Shown here: one piece after another, positions 33,794-44,500 of the stretch
Layout of the letters: each line of letters opens with the position of its first letter
Numbering within the stretch: the stretch's first letter is position 1
Notes under the pieces: model-generated
Databases searched by the model: none
What the model saw: the letters and a program-made list of their open reading frames with translations, nothing else
Told to the model about the DNA's origin: nothing
Translations under genes and position numbers: made by a program
DNA from: Zancudomyces culisetae HAW-14-8
Lineage: Eukaryota; Fungi; Kickxellomycota
Length of the DNA: 64,000 bases
Direction of reading: 5' to 3'
Assembly: GCA_052426225.1 (NCBI GenBank)
Contig: JBNJNM010000008.1
Location: forward strand, 1,488,001 to 1,552,000

Positions 33794-36700
33794 ATGGCCA
33801 GTATAGAATACACAGCTTTTGAAGCAGCAGGGCTTGCCTCCTTGCAAACGAGCGACGTAATACTGATAGAAGATAACCATGTGCTGGAAAAAACGATCGC
33901 TACTCTTGAGGGTAGTGGTTTAAAAAGAGAAGGTGTTACAATATTCAAGGTACCACGGCAATCCGAGTTTCCACTAACTATAAAATACGTGGTTGAAGAG
34001 TTAGGAAAAAACGCAGTCAGTGTTATTGCAACACCAGAAGTTTTACTTCATCTTTTGCCGCTAGTGGATGATTATACTAAAAAGTTGGCGGCACAAGGAA
34101 AAGCAAGCTTTTCACTTTCGTTTAATATTGGTGTTGTAAGTACCGACAAGAACAGTGTTAGTGCATCAAATATCTTTGCATTTTCTGACCTTATAGTGGG
34201 AATTATTTCTTCAAATTCAACCCAAGAATGTTATGATATGGCCATCGTTAGTGGCTTGGTAGCAAAGACAACATTTATCCCAATGATCAACTACTTTGAT
34301 GCTGCGTATCTCGATTCTACCAAAACCACCGGTGGTAGTCAGCAGAATATAGTAGACGTGTTGACTCCCGAGCAACTGGAAACATACGAGGATGCAGTTA
34401 AGGTGGAATTAAAAAAGCTTGTCGATGAGCACCAAAAGACACAGCAGTCCTTATCCGACAGTGCGGAGCAACAAGAGGAACAGACAAATGAGAGCGTGGC
34501 AACTGATTCTGAATATCTGGTGGATGGTAATATTATAAAGCAGGTGATATACCCAGCAATTACAGACTTGGTACTAGAAGGGTATCCATCAAAAAACTAC
34601 AACGAGGTAGAGAGTGATATACCCAGCGATTCGGTATCAACACTTGTGATCTCGCCATATTTTTCCAAAGTTCAAAGGGAAAGTTATACAGAAAAGACAG
34701 GATTTTTGGGAATAAGAGTGTATCGACCATTTCCACAGGATAAGTTCGTTAAAGCTATCCCACAAAATGTAGACACACTTGTAATTCTGGAACAACTGGG
34801 AGAATCGGCCAAAGTATGGGGTCCAATGGTGTTTGATATTGTTCCTGCACTTCAAAAGAGTGCAAAGAGCAATGAAAAAACTAAGCCTGTACAAGCAAAG
34901 ATTGTTGATGGGTTAACAAGTTCCATTTCAGTTTTACAGATACTGGAGTCACCCAAGTACCTCGAAAAGGTTTTGGAGTATGCAAGCAGTAAAAATTCAT
35001 CAACAATCTTGCGAATTGATGATGTATTTCTTAACAACAAAATTGCAGAGCAAGTGGAAAGCGGTGAAGCTGCAAATGCCCAGCATAATAAGGATGAGGA
35101 GAAGTTGGGTTTGGAAGTTGCAGCAAGGCTGCCATATGAACAAATGCTAAATACAACCTTCTCAGAGAGACTCAATGTAATTAATGCAATTCATTCAAAG
35201 ACAGTATGGGGGCCATCAGAAAAACTGGAAACAAACCCCGAGTTCGGATTTGGAAAGTTTGTTAACACACATCAAAGACAAAACAATCTGAAAAAGTTGG
35301 TGCTAGATATTCTCGGAGATGCCAACATAAGTTTGGGTAGTGAGACAAGAGAGGCATTGACAGAGTGGATAAAAAAAAGCGATGAACCAAGCCTAAAATT
35401 CGATTCAAAATTAGCAGAGCGCATCGTTCAGTTGGTTGAGACATCTACAGACATACCCGAGCAAAAATTAAATCAGCTGGCAGAGCTAGCACCATATTTC
35501 TTTAAAAAATCAAATTGGTTGGTTGGTGCGGATGAGTGGGCAGCTGATATTGGCAACAGTGGTGTACACCATGTTATTTCCTCAGGATACAACGTGAACA
35601 TGTTGATTTTGGATACTGATTCGTACCAAAAACCCCAAGAGGCAACAGAAACGCATACACTGAAACTCAACAACAAAAAGGACATCGGCTTATATGCACT
35701 CAATTACGGAAGCGTATATGTGGCGTCGATATCGGCATTTGCATCATATTCACAGGCCATGACAGCACTTATCGAAGCAGATGCATATCCAGGACCAGCA
35801 ATAGTATTAGCACACTTGCCAAAATCTACAGAAAAGCTAATAAGTTCCAGTTACTCAGCAATTGAGACAATGAAGCTGGCTAAACAAGCTGTGGACGGTG
35901 GTAGATGGCCGCTGTATCGATGGCACCCAGCCGGGCAAGGTGAGGTAAAGGAGCAGTTTGTCCTAGATTCAGAAAAATTGCGAAATGAATTGCAGGAGTT
36001 TCTGGACCGTAGTAACAAGTTGGCTGTTATGTCAACAGTTGCACCAAAATACTACAGCGGAGTTGACAACTCATTGGAGGCAAGAAAGAAAAAGGAGGCA
36101 GAGGAAGCGGCTTCAAGGGATCTACAGAAATTGATGGCTGGACTGCGTACCGGTCCACCACTAACAATTTTGTATGCGTCAGACGCCCATAATGCGGAGG
36201 ACGCTGCAAAGCGTGTCAACAGAGGAGCCAAACTGCGTGGAATGAACCCAGAGATAATTTGTATGGAAGACTTTGAGGTGGATGAGCTCGAATACAAAGA
36301 GAATGTCGTGTTTATAGTGTCAACAGCAGGACAAGGAGAGTTTCCAACAAATGGACGCAAGTTTTGGAAAGCGTTGAGCACCGCTAGTATGAATTTAAGC
36401 AATCTCAAATACTCGGTGTTTGGACTTGGAGATTCACAGTACTGGCCCAGAAAAGAGGAGTATATATACTACAACAAACCAGGAAAAGATCTTGATCGAC
36501 GATTCGTTGAACTTGGTGCAAATCGCGTGTTGGAGATTGGGTTGGGTGACGACCAAGACTCGGAGGGATGGGAGGCAGGATTTAACAATTGGGAGCCACA
36601 GTTGTGGGGTGCATTTGGAGTGACAGCCAGCATCGGTGGAGCTGATGGAGCTGGTTTGCTAGATGATGAGCCACCAACGATCACTGACGAGCAGAACAAA

Positions 36701-38404
36701 ATACAGAGCAACTATTTGCGTGGAAATATTTTGACCGAGCTGGCCGATGATAGTAAAGGTAACGTCGATGACTTTACAGGTAAACTACTCAAGTTCCACG
36801 GAACATATGGCCAAGACGATAGAGATCTTCGCGAGCAGCGCAAAGCAGATGGGTTGAGTCCTGCATATTCATTCATGATTCGGGTGCGATTGCCAGGTGG
36901 AAGAGCCACATGCGACCAATGGAAAAGTATGGATGACCTGGCAAACACGTATGCCAACGGAACCATAAAAATAACTACTAGACAGACATTCCAGCTCCAC
37001 GGTGTGCTCAAAAAAAATCTCCGCACCACAATAGGCGAAATGAACCGTGCGCTAATGGATACAATTGCAGCTTGCGGTGATGTCAACCGAAACGTCGTGG
37101 CAACAGCCAACCCAATGCAACCACACTTGCACCAGGAGGTCTACGAGCTGGCCCGAGATATTTCAGAACATCTACTCCCCAAGACCACTGCGTATCATGA
37201 AATCTGGTGTGGTGGTGAAATGGTTGCAGGAAAGGCTGTCAGCCCTCTTTCTGTAGACTATGGACAGCAAGATGGTGAGCAAATAGTTGAGCCGCTGTAC
37301 GGAAAGGCGTATCTTCCACGTAAATTCAAGATAGCCATAGCTATCCCACCCGAGAATGATGTTGATGTATTCGCATATGATTTGGGGCTGATTGCCATCC
37401 TTGATGCCGAGACCCAAACCAAGATTGTTGGATACAATGTTGCTGTTGGTGGAGGAATGGGAATGACCCATAACAACAAGAAGACTTATCCACGATTGGC
37501 GTCTATCCTCGGATATTTGCCCAAAGACAAAATCATTGATACCTGTGAAAAGATCGTCATGGTACAGCGGGACCATGGTGACCGTGTAAACCGTAAACAC
37601 GCCAGAATGAAGTATACAATTGATGACCACGGTGTTGACTGGTTTAGAGAGCAGGTAGAACTTCGCATGAATGCAAAGTTTGAACCTGAGCGGCCATACT
37701 CTTTTACTCGCAATGGAGACAGATATGGTTGGGTAACAACACGAAGCGGTTTCAACAACTATACGCTGTTTATTCAGAATGGAAGAGTTGCAGATATTCC
37801 AGGATATCCCCTCAAAACCGCACTCCGACACTTGGCTGATGTACATAAAGGTTATCTCCAATTGACCTGTAACTCCCACCTGATTATTGCCGACGTTGCC
37901 GATGCTGACGTGCCAACCATCGAAAACCTTCTCAAATCATACAATGTCCACAACAAAAGCTTATCTGCACTACGACTACACTCCATGGCCTGTACTGCAC
38001 TGCCTACATGTGGCCTTGCCATGGCTGAGTCTGAACGCTACCTTCCATCGCTTGTTCAGCTACTAGAGCATCACATCGACGAAGCTGGGCTCCGTAATGA
38101 TGCTATCACCATCCGCATGACTGGTTGTCCTAATGGATGTGCCAGACCCTACAATGCTGAAATTGCACTTGTTGGCAAGGCGCCTGGTGTATACAATCTG
38201 TACCTTGGTGGTGCCCATGACGGCTCGCGTCTAAACAAACTGTTGAGCGCTTCTGTTGATGAGCAGCAGATTATTGAGCTTTTGGCTCCTATAATCAAGC
38301 AGTATGCACTTGAGCGGCTAAATGAGCATGAGAAATTTGGTGATTTTGTAATCCGTGCTGGTATTGTAAACGAGACACGCTTTGGAATGGATTTCCATGA
38401 TTAG
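33794..38404 (+). CDS. MET5: Assimilatory sulfite reductase beta (hemoprotein) subunit, 1536 aa
   Basis: PFOR-like region (WLVGADEWAADIGNSGVHHVISSG), flavodoxin (STAGQGEFP, FGLGDS), KFHGTYGQDDRD, TTRQTFQLHG, ACGDVNRNV, YLPRKFK, and siroheme/Fe-S motifs CTALPTC and GCPNGC. Confidence 0.97.
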   Translation: MASIEYTAFEAAGLASLQTSDVILIEDNHVLEKTIATLEGSGLKREGVTIFKVPRQSEFPLTIKYVVEELGKNAVSVIATPEVLLHLLPLVDDYTKKLAAQGKASFSLSFNIGVVSTDKNSVSASNIFAFSDLIVGIISSNSTQECYDMAIVSGLVAKTTFIPMINYFDAAYLDSTKTTGGSQQNIVDVLTPEQLETYEDAVKVELKKLVDEHQKTQQSLSDSAEQQEEQTNESVATDSEYLVDGNIIKQVIYPAITDLVLEGYPSKNYNEVESDIPSDSVSTLVISPYFSKVQRESYTEKTGFLGIRVYRPFPQDKFVKAIPQNVDTLVILEQLGESAKVWGPMVFDIVPALQKSAKSNEKTKPVQAKIVDGLTSSISVLQILESPKYLEKVLEYASSKNSSTILRIDDVFLNNKIAEQVESGEAANAQHNKDEEKLGLEVAARLPYEQMLNTTFSERLNVINAIHSKTVWGPSEKLETNPEFGFGKFVNTHQRQNNLKKLVLDILGDANISLGSETREALTEWIKKSDEPSLKFDSKLAERIVQLVETSTDIPEQKLNQLAELAPYFFKKSNWLVGADEWAADIGNSGVHHVISSGYNVNMLILDTDSYQKPQEATETHTLKLNNKKDIGLYALNYGSVYVASISAFASYSQAMTALIEADAYPGPAIVLAHLPKSTEKLISSSYSAIETMKLAKQAVDGGRWPLYRWHPAGQGEVKEQFVLDSEKLRNELQEFLDRSNKLAVMSTVAPKYYSGVDNSLEARKKKEAEEAASRDLQKLMAGLRTGPPLTILYASDAHNAEDAAKRVNRGAKLRGMNPEIICMEDFEVDELEYKENVVFIVSTAGQGEFPTNGRKFWKALSTASMNLSNLKYSVFGLGDSQYWPRKEEYIYYNKPGKDLDRRFVELGANRVLEIGLGDDQDSEGWEAGFNNWEPQLWGAFGVTASIGGADGAGLLDDEPPTITDEQNKIQSNYLRGNILTELADDSKGNVDDFTGKLLKFHGTYGQDDRDLREQRKADGLSPAYSFMIRVRLPGGRATCDQWKSMDDLANTYANGTIKITTRQTFQLHGVLKKNLRTTIGEMNRALMDTIAACGDVNRNVVATANPMQPHLHQEVYELARDISEHLLPKTTAYHEIWCGGEMVAGKAVSPLSVDYGQQDGEQIVEPLYGKAYLPRKFKIAIAIPPENDVDVFAYDLGLIAILDAETQTKIVGYNVAVGGGMGMTHNNKKTYPRLASILGYLPKDKIIDTCEKIVMVQRDHGDRVNRKHARMKYTIDDHGVDWFREQVELRMNAKFEPERPYSFTRNGDRYGWVTTRSGFNNYTLFIQNGRVADIPGYPLKTALRHLADVHKGYLQLTCNSHLIIADVADADVPTIENLLKSYNVHNKSLSALRLHSMACTALPTCGLAMAESERYLPSLVQLLEHHIDEAGLRNDAITIRMTGCPNGCARPYNAEIALVGKAPGVYNLYLGGAHDGSRLNKLLSASVDEQQIIELLAPIIKQYALERLNEHEKFGDFVIRAGIVNETRFGMDFHD

Positions 38405-38581
38405 GCATTCAATTTTTTGGTTTTTTGGTTTTTTGGTTTGTTTTTTACTTTTTACTTTTTCTTTTTTTAAAAAAAAATTCAATGTTATTACTTTGATATA
38501 TTAAATAATAATTTAATTACTAATTGAATATTGGCAAAACCTGTCTTGCATTGTTCAAAACAAAGCTAAAAAGTTGAGTAA

Positions 38582-41500
38582 TCATTGTTTGTAGTTCACA
38601 AGTTCCAGGTATTTTGGATGAAAGGACACAAATGGTGGAGGACTCTGGTTATAAACAGATGGGTCAAATTCTATTGGGATCACAACGTTCTTAGTACTGC
38701 TACTGTCAGTATTAGCAAATGTAGCTGGTGTTTGTGATGTGATCCAGGAAGACAATTTTGGTACAGCTGTAGAGGAATCAGTAACACGTAATTCAATAGC
38801 AATGAACTGTGCATCCGATTTGGTTTTACAATAGGCGCAATTTACCATGTTTGTAAAGTTTTCAAGTAGCCTCAGGTTGTAGTTGAGGAGTACCAAGGAA
38901 ATGTAAAAGTAAGAATCGATAAACGGATTGTTGTTAGCGTTTGCATAGAGAGATGTCGAAGTTTGGTGTGATTGAGGACTGAAAAAGGTAGCCAGTATAT
39001 GACAGATGTTTCTTATGTTTGTAGACAAAGAGTTAAAAATCACATCATACTCGTCCTCACTACAGAACAAGGCATTTAAGTTGCTTTCATTATTTCCAAC
39101 AAGTTGGTGGTGGGCAAAGTATTTTGACAGAGAATTATAAAGCACTTTTGCAACGCAAAAGATGTCTATATACGAGTTTGGATTGTCAGGATAGAACAAA
39201 ACAGACCACGATGCCGTTTGTTTAGCACTGGGTTGTGAAGCAGTGGTGGATGCAGGTAGTATCGAGGATAATGTGCTGTATAAGTTCATGTTGCTAAACT
39301 TGGTGAAAAACGTGTTAATTTCCAGATACTCTAATAGAACTTTCACAACATAGTTGCTATCAACCAATGCACACAAGGGCGTTGACGGTGTTGGTGAGAG
39401 AAGAAGAGAGGAGAGATACCAAGCATGTGTGATGTTTTGCTCATTCGAAATATCTTTGTCGGTTACTTTTCCAGCAGCTCCACCAGTACCTGAGACAGTT
39501 GGCGACGGGAGTAAAAATAGCTCGTTAGATGAAACAAATGTCTGTGCTAGTTGGCGGATCTGGTAATCATCATCAAACATAAATACAAAAAGGGATAGTA
39601 ACAGGTCGCTCACCAATGAGTTGTGAATGTAACCTTTGCTACCACTTCCCTCAGAATTTGAGTTTGCAGCACCATCACATAGGGTTTGGATCGACGCTAA
39701 CAATGAAATTGTCGCTCTCAGCGCATATAGTCGATGGTGCTTGGGGTTTGTTGGTGCCAAACTAAATTCAATTATTTTTACCATTTCAACCAAGTACTCG
39801 GGTGATATCACCACATTCAGCTCACATGTAGAGTAGTAGTGCAGCAATAGTGGTTTTATGGAATATGGGATAAAACGCGAAGGTGTGCTTGTTGAAACGT
39901 ATTCTTTATACCCTATCAATGGCAAATGAAGTGTCATGGATTTATTACCACCAGTAACACCAGGGTAGTTTAGATTAAAAAGAGTCAAAAGTTCCAGTAC
40001 CAGACGTAAAAGTTCTACATCGACGATTTTGTTGTCAGATGTGTAAAGACAGAATAGATTAACCAGTAATCCGGCCAAATCGGACTTTATTGGTGCTGCA
40101 TCCAACTTGCTTTTACCTGTATCAGTGCTGGTCTTAGAGTGGATGTTGGAGGCCTTATGGGAGTAAAGATCAAGGTAATAGTTCAAAACGCAATGGGCCA
40201 ATACCAACAGCTCATTGGAGAATTGCTGATCGCTTTTAATTCCAGCGCTGACAGTGTCATCGCGGTGACTATTTCCAGTATATTTCCCACTATTGAAACA
40301 GAAAATGCTTTGTAAAGCGCTGAATAGTATATTTTCCACAGCAAGAGCATCAGTATGTTTGTTGTCATCGTCATTGTCATTGTCATCAGTAGTGAGTAAA
40401 TGCGATTCTACGAGCTGTGCTGTGGATAACGCAAGATTTAGGAATATCAACAACAAGTTATCAATGTAGATAGTGCCATAATGGGTGACAAAGTAATCGA
40501 TGAATCCACAGTTCGATTCGTCAAATGAATCACCGCTAGTATCGGTATTTCTTTCGGTATAGCCAGAACTTGCTATTCTGGTACGACTGTTTGTCGAAAA
40601 TAAGGGCATTACAATATTTTGTGTTATCAAACTGACCAACTGTTTCAAATTAGTGATGTAATCTTTGTTTTGGCCCGCATTAGTATTGTTGGACTCAATG
40701 TTGTCAAGAATATTCGCCTTGCTTTTTTTAACTATCGACAAGAGAGTCTTAAAGTATAAAATTTGGTTGACTGTGCAGTACCTATGAACTTTTGTAGAAT
40801 TTTCGGTACAATTCGTAGCTTTTCTCTTGATAGAAGTATTGGTGTTGGTGTTGGTATTGGTGTTGGTACTGGTGTTGGTATTTTTAGGTTCAGGTAAGCC
40901 GAGGTAAAAGCTAAAAAATAGTTCATTCATCTTGGCTAATAGCAGAGCATTGAGCGAACTTTCATTAAAGGATCCCAGCAGCGAAACATAGTAATAAATA
41001 ACCAGGAGTATTCCATTACAGCTATTATTGTTTGTGTCGGGTTGATGTAATAGGGTCAGTAAATTGACAATATAAGCATCACAATTATCGCCATTTTCAT
41101 CACAATTGCCACTGTGTTGGTTACCAAGTCTATTATTATTCAACAAAAGCAGTATTGCAGATTTTGCAGCTGCCTTTCGGAGCATGTAGTGTTTGTTGTT
41201 GATAGCCATATTGACCAAAAGCTCAAACAGTACGTTGTAGTCTGTTGAAGGGTTAACTATATACCTGGATAACAAAACGGAATTGAACTGGCATGATTCA
41301 CTACTAGTCTTGGGTGCTGAAAGGTTGTTAACCAACAATTTGTACAACGAATTGGTATTAGACAATTTCATGGTGGGGTTGTTGATTTCGTTGCCAAACA
41401 GTCGTTTTAAGAGCGAAGAAAATAACATGTTTATTGCATTGTTTACTGACCAATCAGTACCTGCCTTTGTTGGCGACAAAAGCGATTCCAAAACCTTAAA

Positions 41501-44500
41501 ATAGAATGAACCGCCATTGCTGTCATTTTTATGATCCGTATTTCCATCTACACCATCATTAGTGGTTGATTGTACATTTGCATGAGGCAGCCCAGTTGAA
41601 CTAGTATTGTAGTTTATAAAGTAAAACGTCGATTTATCGTCAAACAGAATTCTTAGTAGGTTCAAAATTAGAACCTTTATCTCGGGCTCGTTGCTTTCGT
41701 TGTATTTAAGCAGTAAGGTGTATAGAACCCGCTCGGCATTGTTGTGTATCGAGTTCCTAGTACACGATATCAATGATAACAAGTAATACGGATAGCCTGC
41801 GGATCTTCTGGTAACTACAGTTGTGCTCATTGCGAGTAAATTTCCACTGTTGTCAGCATCAGCACGATTTCCTGAATCAGACTTGTCAAGATCAGCTATC
41901 AACTGGTGAATCCAGGTGTTTATTAATCTGTTTCCAGAAAACGACGACGACGAGGATGATAAAAGGGAGCATAATCTCTTGAAGTTTGGAGAAATGGATA
42001 GGAATGTTCCCTTGTGTTTGCATGTTAGTAACAGGAACCTGAATTTTTCCATAACTGTTTCCACAACCTCATATTGGTTGAGATTATTGATTATTGGATA
42101 ATACTTGACAACAATCTCTGTTATTAATTCGGAAGAATACTTAATTAGTTTCCAGCTATAATATGATGTGGAAACCATGAGTTTATCAGTCACACCATCA
42201 TCATCATCATCATCATCATCATCGCCACTGTCGTCACCGTCATCATTACCATTGCTCTTGTCATGAATAGATCTATTAGCGCGATTGCCATTGCTATGGT
42301 CTGGGTCTGATGTAGTATTTGTTTTCAATGTATTTTCAGGTGTTGGGTTAATTACTATGTGTTCAACTGAGTCAATATATAGCATTAGGATTTTAATAAT
42401 ATCACCAACAAATTGATGCAAATACTTTTCGTACATCTTTTCGCTGCTCAGATAATACAAACACTTATTTAAGGTGGTAATGTACCCAAGAACCTTAATC
42501 ATTCCATTACTTTTGATGATATCAACCAGTGTTGTAGCAGTTAATTGAGTGTATATGTTTGATAATCCGCCATATAACTGATTGATAAATTCACCAGCTT
42601 TGTCATTTACGTTGGTGTATTGCTGGTCATCGGAACTAGAATTCACACTATAGTGGCTAGGTAAAGTGATTTCGAAATATTTGCTTGATTTTATGATCAT
42701 CTTATAAAACATAAATCCTAGCATACTTCCAACATATTCGACGTCTTTAATCGAACTGTTCAGCTTTAATACCAACAAAGATAATATTTTTTTTATTAAC
42801 CATCCATCAATTATGTTGCTTTCGTCTGAGCTAGCGCTGTCCACTAGATTAATCAAACACTCTATTCCTAAATCAACCAATTCCAGATTGTTATTGTTTG
42901 TGAGCTGTATTAGCTGCCACATTACGAGTTTGAATAACTCTATTCTTTCTCCACCAATCCCACTAGAAGAAGTGTTGTTACCATCTGATAGAAATGGTGT
43001 TATCTGTTGGACTATAGTCATTCCTACATACATTTTGATTTGTGTAGCCCCTGGGTAAAAGCAGTTCTCAGTTACGAATTGTACAAGTTCACTGAAAAAC
43101 TGTTTGCTGTTACAAGGATTGTTGGTTGTGCTGGTTGTTGCAGATTCAACAAATTGCTTGAGGTTATGGGCTACTTTGAGTTTGATATCAGTTTCGAGTT
43201 CCTCATTTTTATTTATTATTTGTAGTAGAATCTCCTTTACAATCTGCATTTTCATATCACGTTTATCAGAAATGATATCCAAGTGATTGGTTTTAGCGAA
43301 ACCATCAACTTTTGCAATATCAATGCTATTTGTTATTACTAAGCCTAACAGTTGTTGTTTGATGCTGTCGTCCTGTCCATAAATGCCCCCGTTAACAAAC
43401 TTGCTAATATCTAACCATCCTTCCTTGGAAATGCCGTGCGGCTTGCCTTTGTTATCCATTACATTTTTAATCAACACAAACTCAAGATTTCCGCTATCAT
43501 TCACGTCAATTGCCATTATCGGGTGTTTTTGACAAAGCCTTGCCAGTATAACCATTATATTGACTACTGCCCTTATTTGCTTTTCAGTGTCACTCTCAGT
43601 GTCGCTAGAATATTCTACCTTATAGTAGCGATTTGAGTTGTAGCTATTTCCACGGTTCGATGTCGTGTTAATTAGTTCCCTGATTAGCTTGAAAGCAATA
43701 TCAATGTTTTCCTTGAATACACCTGGTAATAGGTATTGGCTAGTCATCATTATACCATCAAAACAAGGCGATGTAGAAGTAGTATCTTCTTCAACCCCTA
43801 TTTTCGAGTTTTGTTGTATTTGCCTATCCACTTGATCCGAACCGTTCAGCATTAACCGAACTATCAATCCAATAATTTTATCCAAATCTTTTGTTCCAGC
43901 CATCCCTTTTATTCGCTCAATCATGTATTGGGTGAGTTTTGGTACTAAATTTATATCTCTAAAAAAATCTTTTTCGATTTCTTCCAATTCCAAATCAATA
44001 TTCCAGTTCAAATCAAAAGAATCCTTCGGATTTGCAGCGTGTTGTTTTTTATCCTGCAAACCTTTTCTAACAATCAACGTTAGAATCGGATACTTCATCC
44101 TATTGCTTTTTCTTGCTATCTTCATCATCCTTTCTACAAATTTATTGTGTTCTTTATCCATCGATCCAAGGCTTCCGCCTCTTCCTCCCTCTATGATTAT
44201 GGTAATTATCTCCATGATTCTATGTATAATAATCTGTGGTGTTTTGTCGTCTGTCACGTTTCGTTCTATAAGCTCAAAAATGTGCTCCATCACATCTGCT
44301 TTTCCCTGTATAGGAGTTGCTCCGCGTTGATTTTTGCTGATCCACATCTTTATAACATCAAATCCCGTGCTTTTAATTCTATACCTTTGAGTATTCTCGT
44401 TATTCTCCAACTTTCCGCAGATCTCTATCACTTGCTCTATGCACCACCGGATCATCTCGCTAGTTATCTTCTCTACTTTCTCTACACTTTTGTTTAATAT

